Shown here: one piece after another, positions 1 through 6,978 of the stretch | How the letters are laid out: each line of letters opens with the position of its first letter | How positions within the stretch are numbered: position 1 is the stretch's first letter | Source of the DNA: Candidatus Micrarchaeia archaeon | Lineage (GTDB): Archaea; Micrarchaeota; Micrarchaeia; Norongarragalinales; UBA8480 | Direction of reading: 5' to 3' | DNA: 23,571 bases | NCBI GenBank assembly: GCA_039794045.1 | Contig: JBAMLY010000013.1 | Span: forward strand, 1 to 23,571 | Notes under the pieces: model-generated | What the model saw: only the letters and a program-made list of their open reading frames with translations | What the model was told of the DNA's origin: nothing | The model's database searches: none | Made by a program: the position numbers and the translations under genes

Positions 1-574
1 AGCTGGCGCCTTTGCTTGCTTTGCTCCAGTCTTCTTCGAAGACTTGCGTGAAGTCGCGCGCTGTTTTCTCGTCTTCAACTAGCAGCTCTGCTTCGCGGTT
101 TTCGTAGAGGGCGTGCTTGCTCCAGTTGATTGAGCCCACGAGCACTTTTTCTTCGTCGATGATTGCGAGCTTGGAGTGCGTGTTTGCAAAGCTTGTTGAA
201 GCCCAGCGCACTTCGGCTGCTGCGGCGCGCAGTTCTTCCGCGGTTGCGAGGTTGGCGTCGATGCGGGGTTCGAGGATGACGCGCACTTTCACGCCGCGTT
301 TTACTGCGTCGGCCAAGGCTTTCTTGAGTTCGCTTGCAGTGAAGGCATACATTTCCACGTCAATGGTTTTTTTCGCTGAGTACAAGGCGGACAGTAAGTC
401 GTTGGCCGAGCCTGGAGAAGTTATTGCTTTGATTGCCCCGCTAGCGCAGTGCGGGCTTTCGAGTGCCGTGAAAGCGGTTGTTGTGGAGGGCGCAATGAGT
501 GGGGCGAGGGCGGCGCCTAAAGCGAAGAAGAGCGTGTACGAGAGCGCGGCGGCTAGTGTCTTGCGCGAGTTCAT
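1..574 (-). CDS. Secreted/membrane-anchored phospholipase D-family (single HKD, Nuc-like) protein; 3' end at the window edge
   Basis: Not in the ORF track. Manual translation from ATG at 574 gives MNSRKTLAAALSYTLFFALGAALAPLI (hydrophobic N-terminus), AKKTIDVEMYAFT, AVKRGVKVRVIL and THSKLAIIDEEKVLVGSINWS...NRE, which is the HxKxxxxD...GSxN motif. Confidence 0.9.
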   Translation of the reverse strand, partial: MNSRKTLAAALSYTLFFALGAALAPLIAPSTTTAFTALESPHCASGAIKAITSPGSANDLLSALYSAKKTIDVEMYAFTASELKKALADAVKRGVKVRVILEPRIDANLATAEELRAAAAEVRWASTSFANTHSKLAIIDEEKVLVGSINWSKHALYENREAELLVEDEKTARDFTQVFEEDWSKASKGAS

Positions 575-607
575 TTGCAGGAAAAAAAGAGTTTTTAGTG
601 GAATAAA

Positions 608-1093
608 TTATTTTCCCTTGATTCTAGCGCGCTCAAAGTTTTTTACTTGCTGCGTGATTTTGGGGGGCAGCTTGTAGGTGCGGAGAACCCATTTTCTTGG
701 CACTGCCTCTATTGGTTGCTTGCCGGTGGTGAGGTGGGCTTTTATTTCGCTTGCGGGCGGCAATTGTTTTGCCTTCACTGCCTCGGTTACCGCGATTTTC
801 TTCATTAGCACGGCGCGTTGGGGGTCGATTGTTAAGAGCTTGAAGCCTCCCGGCGCGAGCTTGGCGGCGAGTTTTTCGGCTGTCCTGTCAGGTATTGGCA
901 CGAGTGGAATCGAGCTTATCGTCCTGTAGACGAGGTAGCCTACGGGGTAGCGGACGAAGGTCTTGCCTTCTTCTCTCAGGGTTTGAGTAATTATTTTCAT
1001 GAACGATTCGTTTTCTTGCCGCGTCATTTTTTTTGGTGGGAGGACGGCGTAGTACTTGAGTCCTGGAGGGAGTTTTTGTTGGCTGGTTTTCAT
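608..1093 (-). CDS. Hypothetical basic (Lys/Pro-rich) protein, 161 aa
   Basis: ATG-started ORF filling the gap between the PLD gene and the divergent ligase; no recognisable motif. Confidence 0.65.
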   Translation of the reverse strand: MKTSQQKLPPGLKYYAVLPPKKMTRQENESFMKIITQTLREEGKTFVRYPVGYLVYRTISSIPLVPIPDRTAEKLAAKLAPGGFKLLTIDPQRAVLMKKIAVTEAVKAKQLPPASEIKAHLTTGKQPIEAVPRKWVLRTYKLPPKITQQVKNFERARIKGK

Positions 1094-1180
1094 GAATGTT
1101 TTTGTGTTTTTCCTTGTTTAAAAGCGTTTCAAGGTGGTGGCGGCGCTTGTTTTTTTAACGGTGCCATCGTAAGCGTTTTC

Positions 1181-2953
1181 ATGGAGTTTGCTGAGCTCGC
1201 GCGGCTTTTCAGCCGCATTGAGGAGACTAGGTCGCGGTTGGAGTTCACGGACCAGCTTGCCAAGCTCTTCGCTGAAGCTAGCGCGGACGAGATCGCGAAA
1301 ATTGTTTACCTTTGCTGCGGCGTTCTAGTGCCCCAGCACAAGGGAATAGAGATAGGGGTTGGCGTCAAGCTTGCACAGCAGTCTATTTCGCTTGTTTCGG
1401 GGAAGACTGTCGCGCAAGTAGAGTCGTTGTACCGCAGGGAAGGCGACCTTGGCGCGGCGGCTGAAAAGCTGTTGGCGCAGAAATCGCAGCGCACTCTGGC
1501 GTCGAGCGCTTTAAGCGTTGCAAAGGTTTACGACAACTTCATGCGGATTGCGACGGCGTCTGGCAGTGGCTCGCAGGAACTGAAAATAAAGTTGCTTGCA
1601 GAACTTCTTTCAAGCGCTTCCCCGCTCGAGGCACGCTACATCGTGCGCTTCGTGCAAGGCAACCTTCGCGTTGGCGTTGGCGAGTCGACTGTGTTGGACG
1701 CGTTGAGCGTGGCGAAGACTGGTTCGAAGGAGTTGCGGCCGGTTCTAGAGCGCGCCTTTAACTTGACTAGCGACATTGGCTTTGTTGCCGAGCTTTTTTA
1801 TAGGAAGGGCGTGGAGGGAGTGCGGGCTTTGAAGCCGGTTCCTTTTAGCCCGATTCGTCCTGCTCTTGCAGAGCGCTTGCTTGACGCCAAGCAAATAATT
1901 GAGAAGATAGGGCGTTGTTCAGTGGAGGGAAAGTATGACGGGCTGCGGTTGCAGGTGCACAAGTCAGGCGATAGAGTGGAGTTGTTTTCGCGGCGCCAGG
2001 AAGTAATGACTCACATGTTTCCCGACGTGGTCGAGGCAGTGCGCAAGCAAGTGCGGGCGAGGCAAGCGATTTTGGAGGGCGAAGCGATTTCTTACGACGA
2101 GCGCACTGGCACGTTCAAGCCTTTCCAGGAAACTATTCAACGCAAGCGCAAGTACGGCGTCGAAGAGAAAGCGAGGGAGCTGCCGTTGCGCTTGTTTGCT
2201 TTTGAGTTGTTGTTCGTGGACGGCGAGGACTTGACTGGCGAGCCTTACGAGGTGCGTCGTGCTCGCTTGGAGGAAATAATTGGCAGCGGCAAAGTCATTC
2301 TTCCGGCGAAGCGAGTTATTGCTTCCACTCCCGGAGAGCTTCAAGAGTTTTTCGATGAAGCTGTGGCGAGCGGGTTGGAGGGAATAGTGGCGAAGGACTT
2401 GAAGGCGCCTTACACTGCTGGCGCGCGCAAGTTTGCTTGGATTAAGCTCAAGAAGTCTTACGAGGAAAGCGCGTTGTCGGACACTCTTGACTTGGTGGTG
2501 GTAGGCTATTTTTTGGGGCGGGGAAAGCGAGCCAAGTTTGGTTTTGGGGGCTTGCTTGCCGCTGTGTTCGAGCCGCGTTCGCGTTCTTTCAAGACTATTT
2601 GCAAGATTGGAACTGGCTTTAGTGAAGAGCAGATGAAGGAGTTCAAGAAAATCTTGTCGGAGATAGAGGTGAAAGAGAAGCCTGCGAGCGTGGACTCTCT
2701 CGTGACTCCCTCGAAGTGGGTTGTTCCCAAGTACGTGGTGGTCGTTAAAGCGGACGAGATAACTCGCTCGCCCACGCATACTTGCGGCATGCGCGTGGAG
2801 CAGGGAAAGCATTACGGTGAAGGGCTTGCCCTGCGTTTTCCGCGCTTTATTGGAATGCGTTCTGATAAGAGGCCAGAGGATGCTACCACGGAAGAGGAAG
2901 TTCTCGAGTTGTTCGAGCTTCAAAGGCAGCGGGGCGCGAGTGGGGGGCGTTGA
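1181..2953 (+). CDS. lig: ATP-dependent DNA ligase (archaeal Lig1 type)
   Basis: Motif I EGKYDGLRLQVH, plus ILEGEA, LFAFELL, EGIVAK, WIKLK, DTLDLVVVG and LRFPRF. The start is better placed at ATG 1181 (MEFAELARLF) than at 983, which would overlap the divergent ORF. Confidence 0.97.
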   Translation: MEFAELARLFSRIEETRSRLEFTDQLAKLFAEASADEIAKIVYLCCGVLVPQHKGIEIGVGVKLAQQSISLVSGKTVAQVESLYRREGDLGAAAEKLLAQKSQRTLASSALSVAKVYDNFMRIATASGSGSQELKIKLLAELLSSASPLEARYIVRFVQGNLRVGVGESTVLDALSVAKTGSKELRPVLERAFNLTSDIGFVAELFYRKGVEGVRALKPVPFSPIRPALAERLLDAKQIIEKIGRCSVEGKYDGLRLQVHKSGDRVELFSRRQEVMTHMFPDVVEAVRKQVRARQAILEGEAISYDERTGTFKPFQETIQRKRKYGVEEKARELPLRLFAFELLFVDGEDLTGEPYEVRRARLEEIIGSGKVILPAKRVIASTPGELQEFFDEAVASGLEGIVAKDLKAPYTAGARKFAWIKLKKSYEESALSDTLDLVVVGYFLGRGKRAKFGFGGLLAAVFEPRSRSFKTICKIGTGFSEEQMKEFKKILSEIEVKEKPASVDSLVTPSKWVVPKYVVVVKADEITRSPTHTCGMRVEQGKHYGEGLALRFPRFIGMRSDKRPEDATTEEEVLELFELQRQRGASGGR

Positions 2954-2962
2954 GCAAGCGAG

Positions 2963-4708
2963 TTGTTGTTTGATTGGTTTGACTGGTTGGTTTTAGTGAG
3001 TGGAGAAGAAATTGCTTTAGTTGAAGTCGGCGTTGTTGTAGCGATAGCTTTTTTCCTCGGCTTTGTTTTCTCGCGCTTTAAGCAAAACGCGGCGCTTGGC
3101 TATATTGTGGCAGGTATTTTGCTTGGCCCGATTGGTTTCAATTACTTAGTGCCAGGGCATGGCTTGTCCCAGGTTTTCGGCGAGATGGGCTTGTTGTTGC
3201 TCATGTTTTACTTGGGGTTGGAGCTTCACTTGAAGCACTTCGTGGAACATGGGGCTCCTGCCACGGTGCTGGCGGCAGTGGAAATGTTTTTGACTTTTGC
3301 TGCTGGGTTCTTGGTTGCCAGGCTTTTGGGCTTTTCTGACGTTGAAGCGCTTGTCATCGGCGCGGTAATGATTGCGACGAGTACGGCCATCGTTGGAAAG
3401 TTCTTGATTGACAGGCATCTTTTCAGTAAGCCGAGTGGAAGGCTTGCGCACGCTATTCTCGTTCTCCAAGACTTTTCCGCGATTTTGTTGTTGGTGTTTA
3501 TTTCGAGTGTGGCAGCGCAAAAGTCTTTCAACAGCGTAGCGCTTACGGCGTTGTTTTTTGTTGTCTCGGTTTTCTTCGTGGTCGCCCGCTTTTCTAGGAA
3601 GTTGTTGGCTTTCTTGGGGGCGGGCGAGTCGCGGGCGGGGATAACGCTTTACGCTATCGCGGTTGGAATCTTGGTGGCTTGGCTTGCGGCGTTCTTGGGC
3701 TTGCCTTCCACGCTTGGCGCGTACTTTACTGGCTTCGCGTTGTCTGAAACCGCGTACGGCAAGCGCATCAAGGAGCAGCTGGGGTTGTTGCGCGAGTTCT
3801 TCGTTTTGTTTTTCTTCGTGAGTTTTGGTTCTGCGTTGTTCTTTGACTCTGTTGCTGGCGTGGTGGTCTTCCCGCCGTTGAGCGAGTGGGTGTTCTTGTT
3901 GTCTGCTGCGGCGTTGCTTGCCTTGGCTTATTTGGCGGTGAAGCTATTCACTTACGGTGTTTTCGGCGTCGCTTTGGGTTTTAAGTCGAAGACGGCGGTT
4001 GGCGTTGGTTTTCTTTTGCTTCCTTTAGGTGAGTTCGCTGTCATCATTGCTCTTGCTTCCAAGCCGTTGCTTGATGCGGCGGCGTTCAACTCGTTGTTGC
4101 CATTGACTTTTTTGTTGATTTTGTTTACTGCTTCTTTGATGGCGCCGTTGTTCGACCGCGCGAGCGTGGTGAGTTCGTGGCTTGAAAGGTTTTATCCAGC
4201 GCAGGCGAGGAAAAAACTTTCGTTGGTGGGGCGCGAGTTGCGCGCGCTTCAACGCTTTTCTGCTGTAGAGTCAAAGACTTTCGTTGGCCGCGCGTTGTTG
4301 AAGCTGGCAGTAAATTTTCTTGCAGTGCTGGCAGTGGTTTACGTTAGTAACGCGATTGGGTTGGAGGCGGGCTTGCCGAGCGGGGGGTTGCAGGTGCCGT
4401 TAAGTGCAGTGGTTTTGTTGTTTGTGTTGTGGCCGTTGCGTAACTTGGTGCGTGAGTTGGTTGGGCTTGCCGTGTTTTCCGCGAAGCACTTGCTTGAAAG
4501 CGCTGGTGGCGCGAGGTTTTCGGCGGCTGAAAAACGAGTCGTGTCTTTGTTGGCTGGCTCGCTGGTTTTGGCTGGGGGTATGGTGTCTTTCTTGCTTCTC
4601 TTTTCTGTTTATTCCGAGCGAGTTTTCGTTTGGGTTGTTCCCATTGCTTTCTCTGTTGTCGCTGGAGTGGAGCTGGCTTGCAATTTGTTGCAGGGCAGGA
4701 GTGCTTGA
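2963..4708 (+). CDS. Monovalent cation:proton antiporter, CPA2 (KefB/NapA-like) family, with extra C-terminal TM segments
   Basis: GYIVAGILLGP, GLLLLMFYLGLE, TSTAIVGKFL, ILVLQDF, LGAYFTG, FFVSFG and GEFAVIIA motifs. The start may be GTG 2996. Confidence 0.92.
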   Translation: MLFDWFDWLVLVSGEEIALVEVGVVVAIAFFLGFVFSRFKQNAALGYIVAGILLGPIGFNYLVPGHGLSQVFGEMGLLLLMFYLGLELHLKHFVEHGAPATVLAAVEMFLTFAAGFLVARLLGFSDVEALVIGAVMIATSTAIVGKFLIDRHLFSKPSGRLAHAILVLQDFSAILLLVFISSVAAQKSFNSVALTALFFVVSVFFVVARFSRKLLAFLGAGESRAGITLYAIAVGILVAWLAAFLGLPSTLGAYFTGFALSETAYGKRIKEQLGLLREFFVLFFFVSFGSALFFDSVAGVVVFPPLSEWVFLLSAAALLALAYLAVKLFTYGVFGVALGFKSKTAVGVGFLLLPLGEFAVIIALASKPLLDAAAFNSLLPLTFLLILFTASLMAPLFDRASVVSSWLERFYPAQARKKLSLVGRELRALQRFSAVESKTFVGRALLKLAVNFLAVLAVVYVSNAIGLEAGLPSGGLQVPLSAVVLLFVLWPLRNLVRELVGLAVFSAKHLLESAGGARFSAAEKRVVSLLAGSLVLAGGMVSFLLLFSVYSERVFVWVVPIAFSVVAGVELACNLLQGRSA

Positions 4709-4755
4709 AAGACTTTTATATTGTCGTGCGTTAAGTTGGTTTGGTGGTGTCTTGC

Positions 4756-5337
4756 TTGGCTGAAGAAATTGACTTGAAGCTTCAGGAAATAAAGAACGCT
4801 ATTTATTTTTTGGCTGAAACGCTGGAAAAGCATTACGTCGAGCAAACTCAGAAGATAGACGTTTTAGCTGAAAGCGTGGACAAGCTCGCCGCAGGCGCTC
4901 CGCTCGCGCCGCAGCCGGGTGCCGCGCCGCAGTCGAGTGACTTGCAGGAAATAAAGTCGAAGCTCTCTGAAGTCGCGGAAAAAATTTCGGCTTGCCAGCT
5001 GCCAGCGCAGGCGCGGGAGGGAGACGCTACAGTAATAAAGTCGCTTGACTTGATTGCAAAGCACTTGCTGGAGTTGAAGAAGAGCGTGGAGCCACTGGAA
5101 GCCATTAACTTCAGGAAGCTTGTGCTCACGATTGAAAAGCTTGCTTCAAGCGCTCCAAGCGCTGCCGCATTGGCGGCGCCTGTTTCGGCTGCTGCTTCGC
5201 CTGAAACCGAGAAAGAGGTAGCGGAGGTGCTGGCGCAAGTGCGCGAACTAAAGAAACAAAACGCTTCCATCGCTGAAGCTTGTGCCCTCATAATGGAGGA
5301 ACTCGAGAAGATAGAGGCTGGCTTGGGCGCGCGCTAA
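4756..5337 (+). CDS. Hypothetical coiled-coil protein with Ala/Pro linkers
   Basis: Heptad-like L/I/E/K helices separated by AAGAPLAPQPGAAP and APSAAALAAP linkers. TTG 4756 is preceded by GGTGGTG (4743-4749). Confidence 0.75.
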   Translation: MAEEIDLKLQEIKNAIYFLAETLEKHYVEQTQKIDVLAESVDKLAAGAPLAPQPGAAPQSSDLQEIKSKLSEVAEKISACQLPAQAREGDATVIKSLDLIAKHLLELKKSVEPLEAINFRKLVLTIEKLASSAPSAAALAAPVSAAASPETEKEVAEVLAQVRELKKQNASIAEACALIMEELEKIEAGLGAR

Positions 5338-5370
5338 GGTTTAAGTTGTTGTTTCTTCACAATTTTTTTG

Positions 5371-5460
5371 AATGATGACGAAGAACAACCGCTGAGTGGG
5401 CCGCGGCTTCCTGCAATTGCGCCGTGGTTCCTTCAAGTGATGAGGTTGATAGCGTCTGAC
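5371..5460 (+). ncRNA. Archaeal C/D-box 2'-O-methylation guide sRNA (double guide)
   Basis: Box C ATGATGA 5372-5378, guide 5379-5391, box D' CTGA 5392-5395, box C' GTGATGA 5437-5443, guide 5444-5455, box D CTGA 5456-5459. It is intergenic, with TTTAAG ~26 nt upstream and T8 immediately downstream. Confidence 0.9.
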
Positions 5461-5468
5461 TTTTTTTT
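5461..5468 (+). terminator. Oligo-T terminator of the C/D sRNA
   Basis: T8 run directly after box D. Confidence 0.6.
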
Positions 5469-5626
5469 CGTTGTTGGGGGCAACCGCTTCGAAGCCGCTG
5501 AACCAATTATTATTAGTAGAGGAGAAGCGAAACTAACAGGATTATGGTGAGCTCGGCGATTTCCTTTTGCTTTACTGTTATGGTTTCAAACAATGCGGCG
5601 ATGCCAGTACAAGGGCGTGCCTATAG

Positions 5627-6637
5627 TCAACGCTCTTGTTTTTCGCTGGCTTTTCTTCGCGCTTCACCGAGCGCTTTTCCTGCCGGTTGGAGGTTCAATT
5701 CTTTTATTGCGGCGTTGAATTCGTGCACTGCGCTTGCCGTTTGCGGCGCGCCGTATATTTCTTCGTAAATGTTTTTTTGGTGCTCGTGAAGTTCTTGCGC
5801 GGTAATCTCTTTTTCTTGGAGGGGCTTCACCATCAACCACATTGGAATGAATGGCTTGCCGGGTGACTGTGGGACTTGCGCGTGCACCCAAGAAAAGTCT
5901 ACTTTGAAGCCGGTTTTGTCGTAGTACTTCAAGCGCCTGCGCTTGTCGTTCAAGTCCTCTAACTTCTTTTTTTCTGCGGCGTTCAAGCTCGCCTGCCCGG
6001 CGCTCAAGCGCGCGTACTCTCTTTCTTCTTCTTCGCTGTAGGGCTCTACTTCGCCAAGCAAGTGTTTTGCGCCATAACCGCGCGCGAAGTCTTCGGAGAG
6101 CTTCAACAATGCATTGGCTATGCCGCTTCCCTTGAATTTGGGGCTCACGATAAAGTATTCAAGCAAGGCAGTGCCTTTCTGCGGTAACACACTTGCCATC
6201 GCTGTTCCAATCACTTCCCCGCTTTCCTTGCGTGCTATGAAGTAGCCTAGAACGCGGCGCGCGCCTGGCTTGCTGGACTCTTGTAAAGCCTTGCGCACTG
6301 CCTTGGCGCTTTCAGCTTGTCCTTTCGCGGCGAAATAGTTAACCCACTGGCGCACGCTTTGCCCGTACTTGTGAACGTACGCTTCTTTTTCTTCTTTGCT
6401 GAATGCCGCGCCCACCAACTGAATCCTCGCTTTCGGGGAAAGCCTCAACCCTTTGCGCAGGCCAGGCAGTCCAAGAATTTGTTCAAGGACTACTCTTTCT
6501 TTCTTGCCGCGCAATGAAACCACTATCTCTCCTTTTTTCTTCGCCAAGTGAGACGGCAAGACTACTACTTTCTGCCTCAGCCCCTCGCTTGACAAGAACT
6601 CTTTCTTGAACTCGCGTATGACGGGCACTTGCTTCAC
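5627..6637 (-). CDS. GNAT-family N-acetyltransferase with long basic N-terminal extension
   Basis: EVIGTA...ALLEYFIVSPKFKGSGIANALL (motif A), GAKHLLGEV and LKYYDKTGF (motif B). Confidence 0.85.
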   Translation of the reverse strand: MKQVPVIREFKKEFLSSEGLRQKVVVLPSHLAKKKGEIVVSLRGKKERVVLEQILGLPGLRKGLRLSPKARIQLVGAAFSKEEKEAYVHKYGQSVRQWVNYFAAKGQAESAKAVRKALQESSKPGARRVLGYFIARKESGEVIGTAMASVLPQKGTALLEYFIVSPKFKGSGIANALLKLSEDFARGYGAKHLLGEVEPYSEEEEREYARLSAGQASLNAAEKKKLEDLNDKRRRLKYYDKTGFKVDFSWVHAQVPQSPGKPFIPMWLMVKPLQEKEITAQELHEHQKNIYEEIYGAPQTASAVHEFNAAIKELNLQPAGKALGEARRKASEKQER

Positions 6638-6671
6638 TTCCTTGCAACAAGAAAAAAAGGAGCGCTCGAAT

Positions 6672-6681
6672 TATTTAAATA
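6672..6681. promoter_or_regulatory. Palindromic TATA box (TATTTAAATA), usable in both directions
   Basis: About 35 nt upstream of the GNAT start on the minus strand and ~25 nt upstream of a structured plus-strand segment. CGAA (BRE-like) lies just 5' on the plus strand. Confidence 0.55.
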
Positions 6682-6705
6682 GTAGGAAAAACAAATTATT
6701 TTGCA

Positions 6706-6780
6706 GTGAGCTGAGATGGAGAGCGGTTTACTTCACGAATGCATTCGCGTGCGATACCGCGTCCAGCGGAAGCTCTAAGT
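6706..6780 (+). ncRNA. Candidate small structured RNA (long irregular hairpin)
   Basis: Nested pairings GAGCT/AGCTC, TGGA/TCCA, GCGGT/ACCGC, CAC/GTG and GAAT/ATTC, lying between a TATA box and a T-rich tract. Confidence 0.35.
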
Positions 6781-6821
6781 TTTATTTCTTTCCTCTTTAT
6801 ACTCAATTTAATTTGTTTAGT

Positions 6822-6897
6822 GGCGCAGATCGTCTAGCCTGGTCCAGGATCGGGGCCTGTGGAGCCCCTGACGCGAGTTCAAATCTCGCTCTGCGCC
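6822..6897 (+). tRNA. tRNA-His (GUG), intronless, genomically encoded G-1, CCA not encoded
   Basis: Acceptor GCGCAGA/TCTGCGC with G6822 opposite discriminator C6897. Anticodon arm GGGGC-CT GTG GA-GCCCC (anticodon 6859-6861). T arm GCGAG-TTCAAAT-CTCGC. TTTATA lies ~25 nt upstream. Confidence 0.96.
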
Positions 6898-6900
6898 CTC

Positions 6901-6939
6901 CAACCCCTTTTCTTTCTTTGGAAGAAAGAAAAGCGGTTG
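6901..6939 (+). repeat. Inverted repeat (5+12 bp hairpin) in the tRNA-His/hisS spacer
   Basis: CAACC-C-CTTTTCTTTCTT-TGG-AAGAAAGAAAAG-C-GGTTG. Confidence 0.85.
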
Positions 6940-6978
6940 AACGGAAAAGAGAGAACGCGTTCCGCGAGGTAGTTTCAG

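Noticed and set aside
117..677. 186-aa plus-strand ORF
   Set aside because: It is the antisense shadow of the PLD gene, which carries the real HKD motif.
983..1180. N-terminal extension of the ligase ORF
   Set aside because: It overlaps the divergent gene and promoter region; ligase-like sequence begins at ATG 1181.
1964..2923. 319-aa minus-strand ORF and the other long antisense ORFs inside lig, hisS, ileS and the surface genes
   Set aside because: They are shadows of well-supported genes and have no motifs.
5368..5768. Small plus-strand ORFs (60 and 74 aa)
   Set aside because: The first overlies the C/D sRNA; the second overlaps the GNAT 3' end and has no recognisable features.
6870..6900. 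tRNA-His 3' end as an integration (att) site for the TA region
   Set aside because: No duplicated tRNA end was seen, and there is no integrase or transposase in the window.
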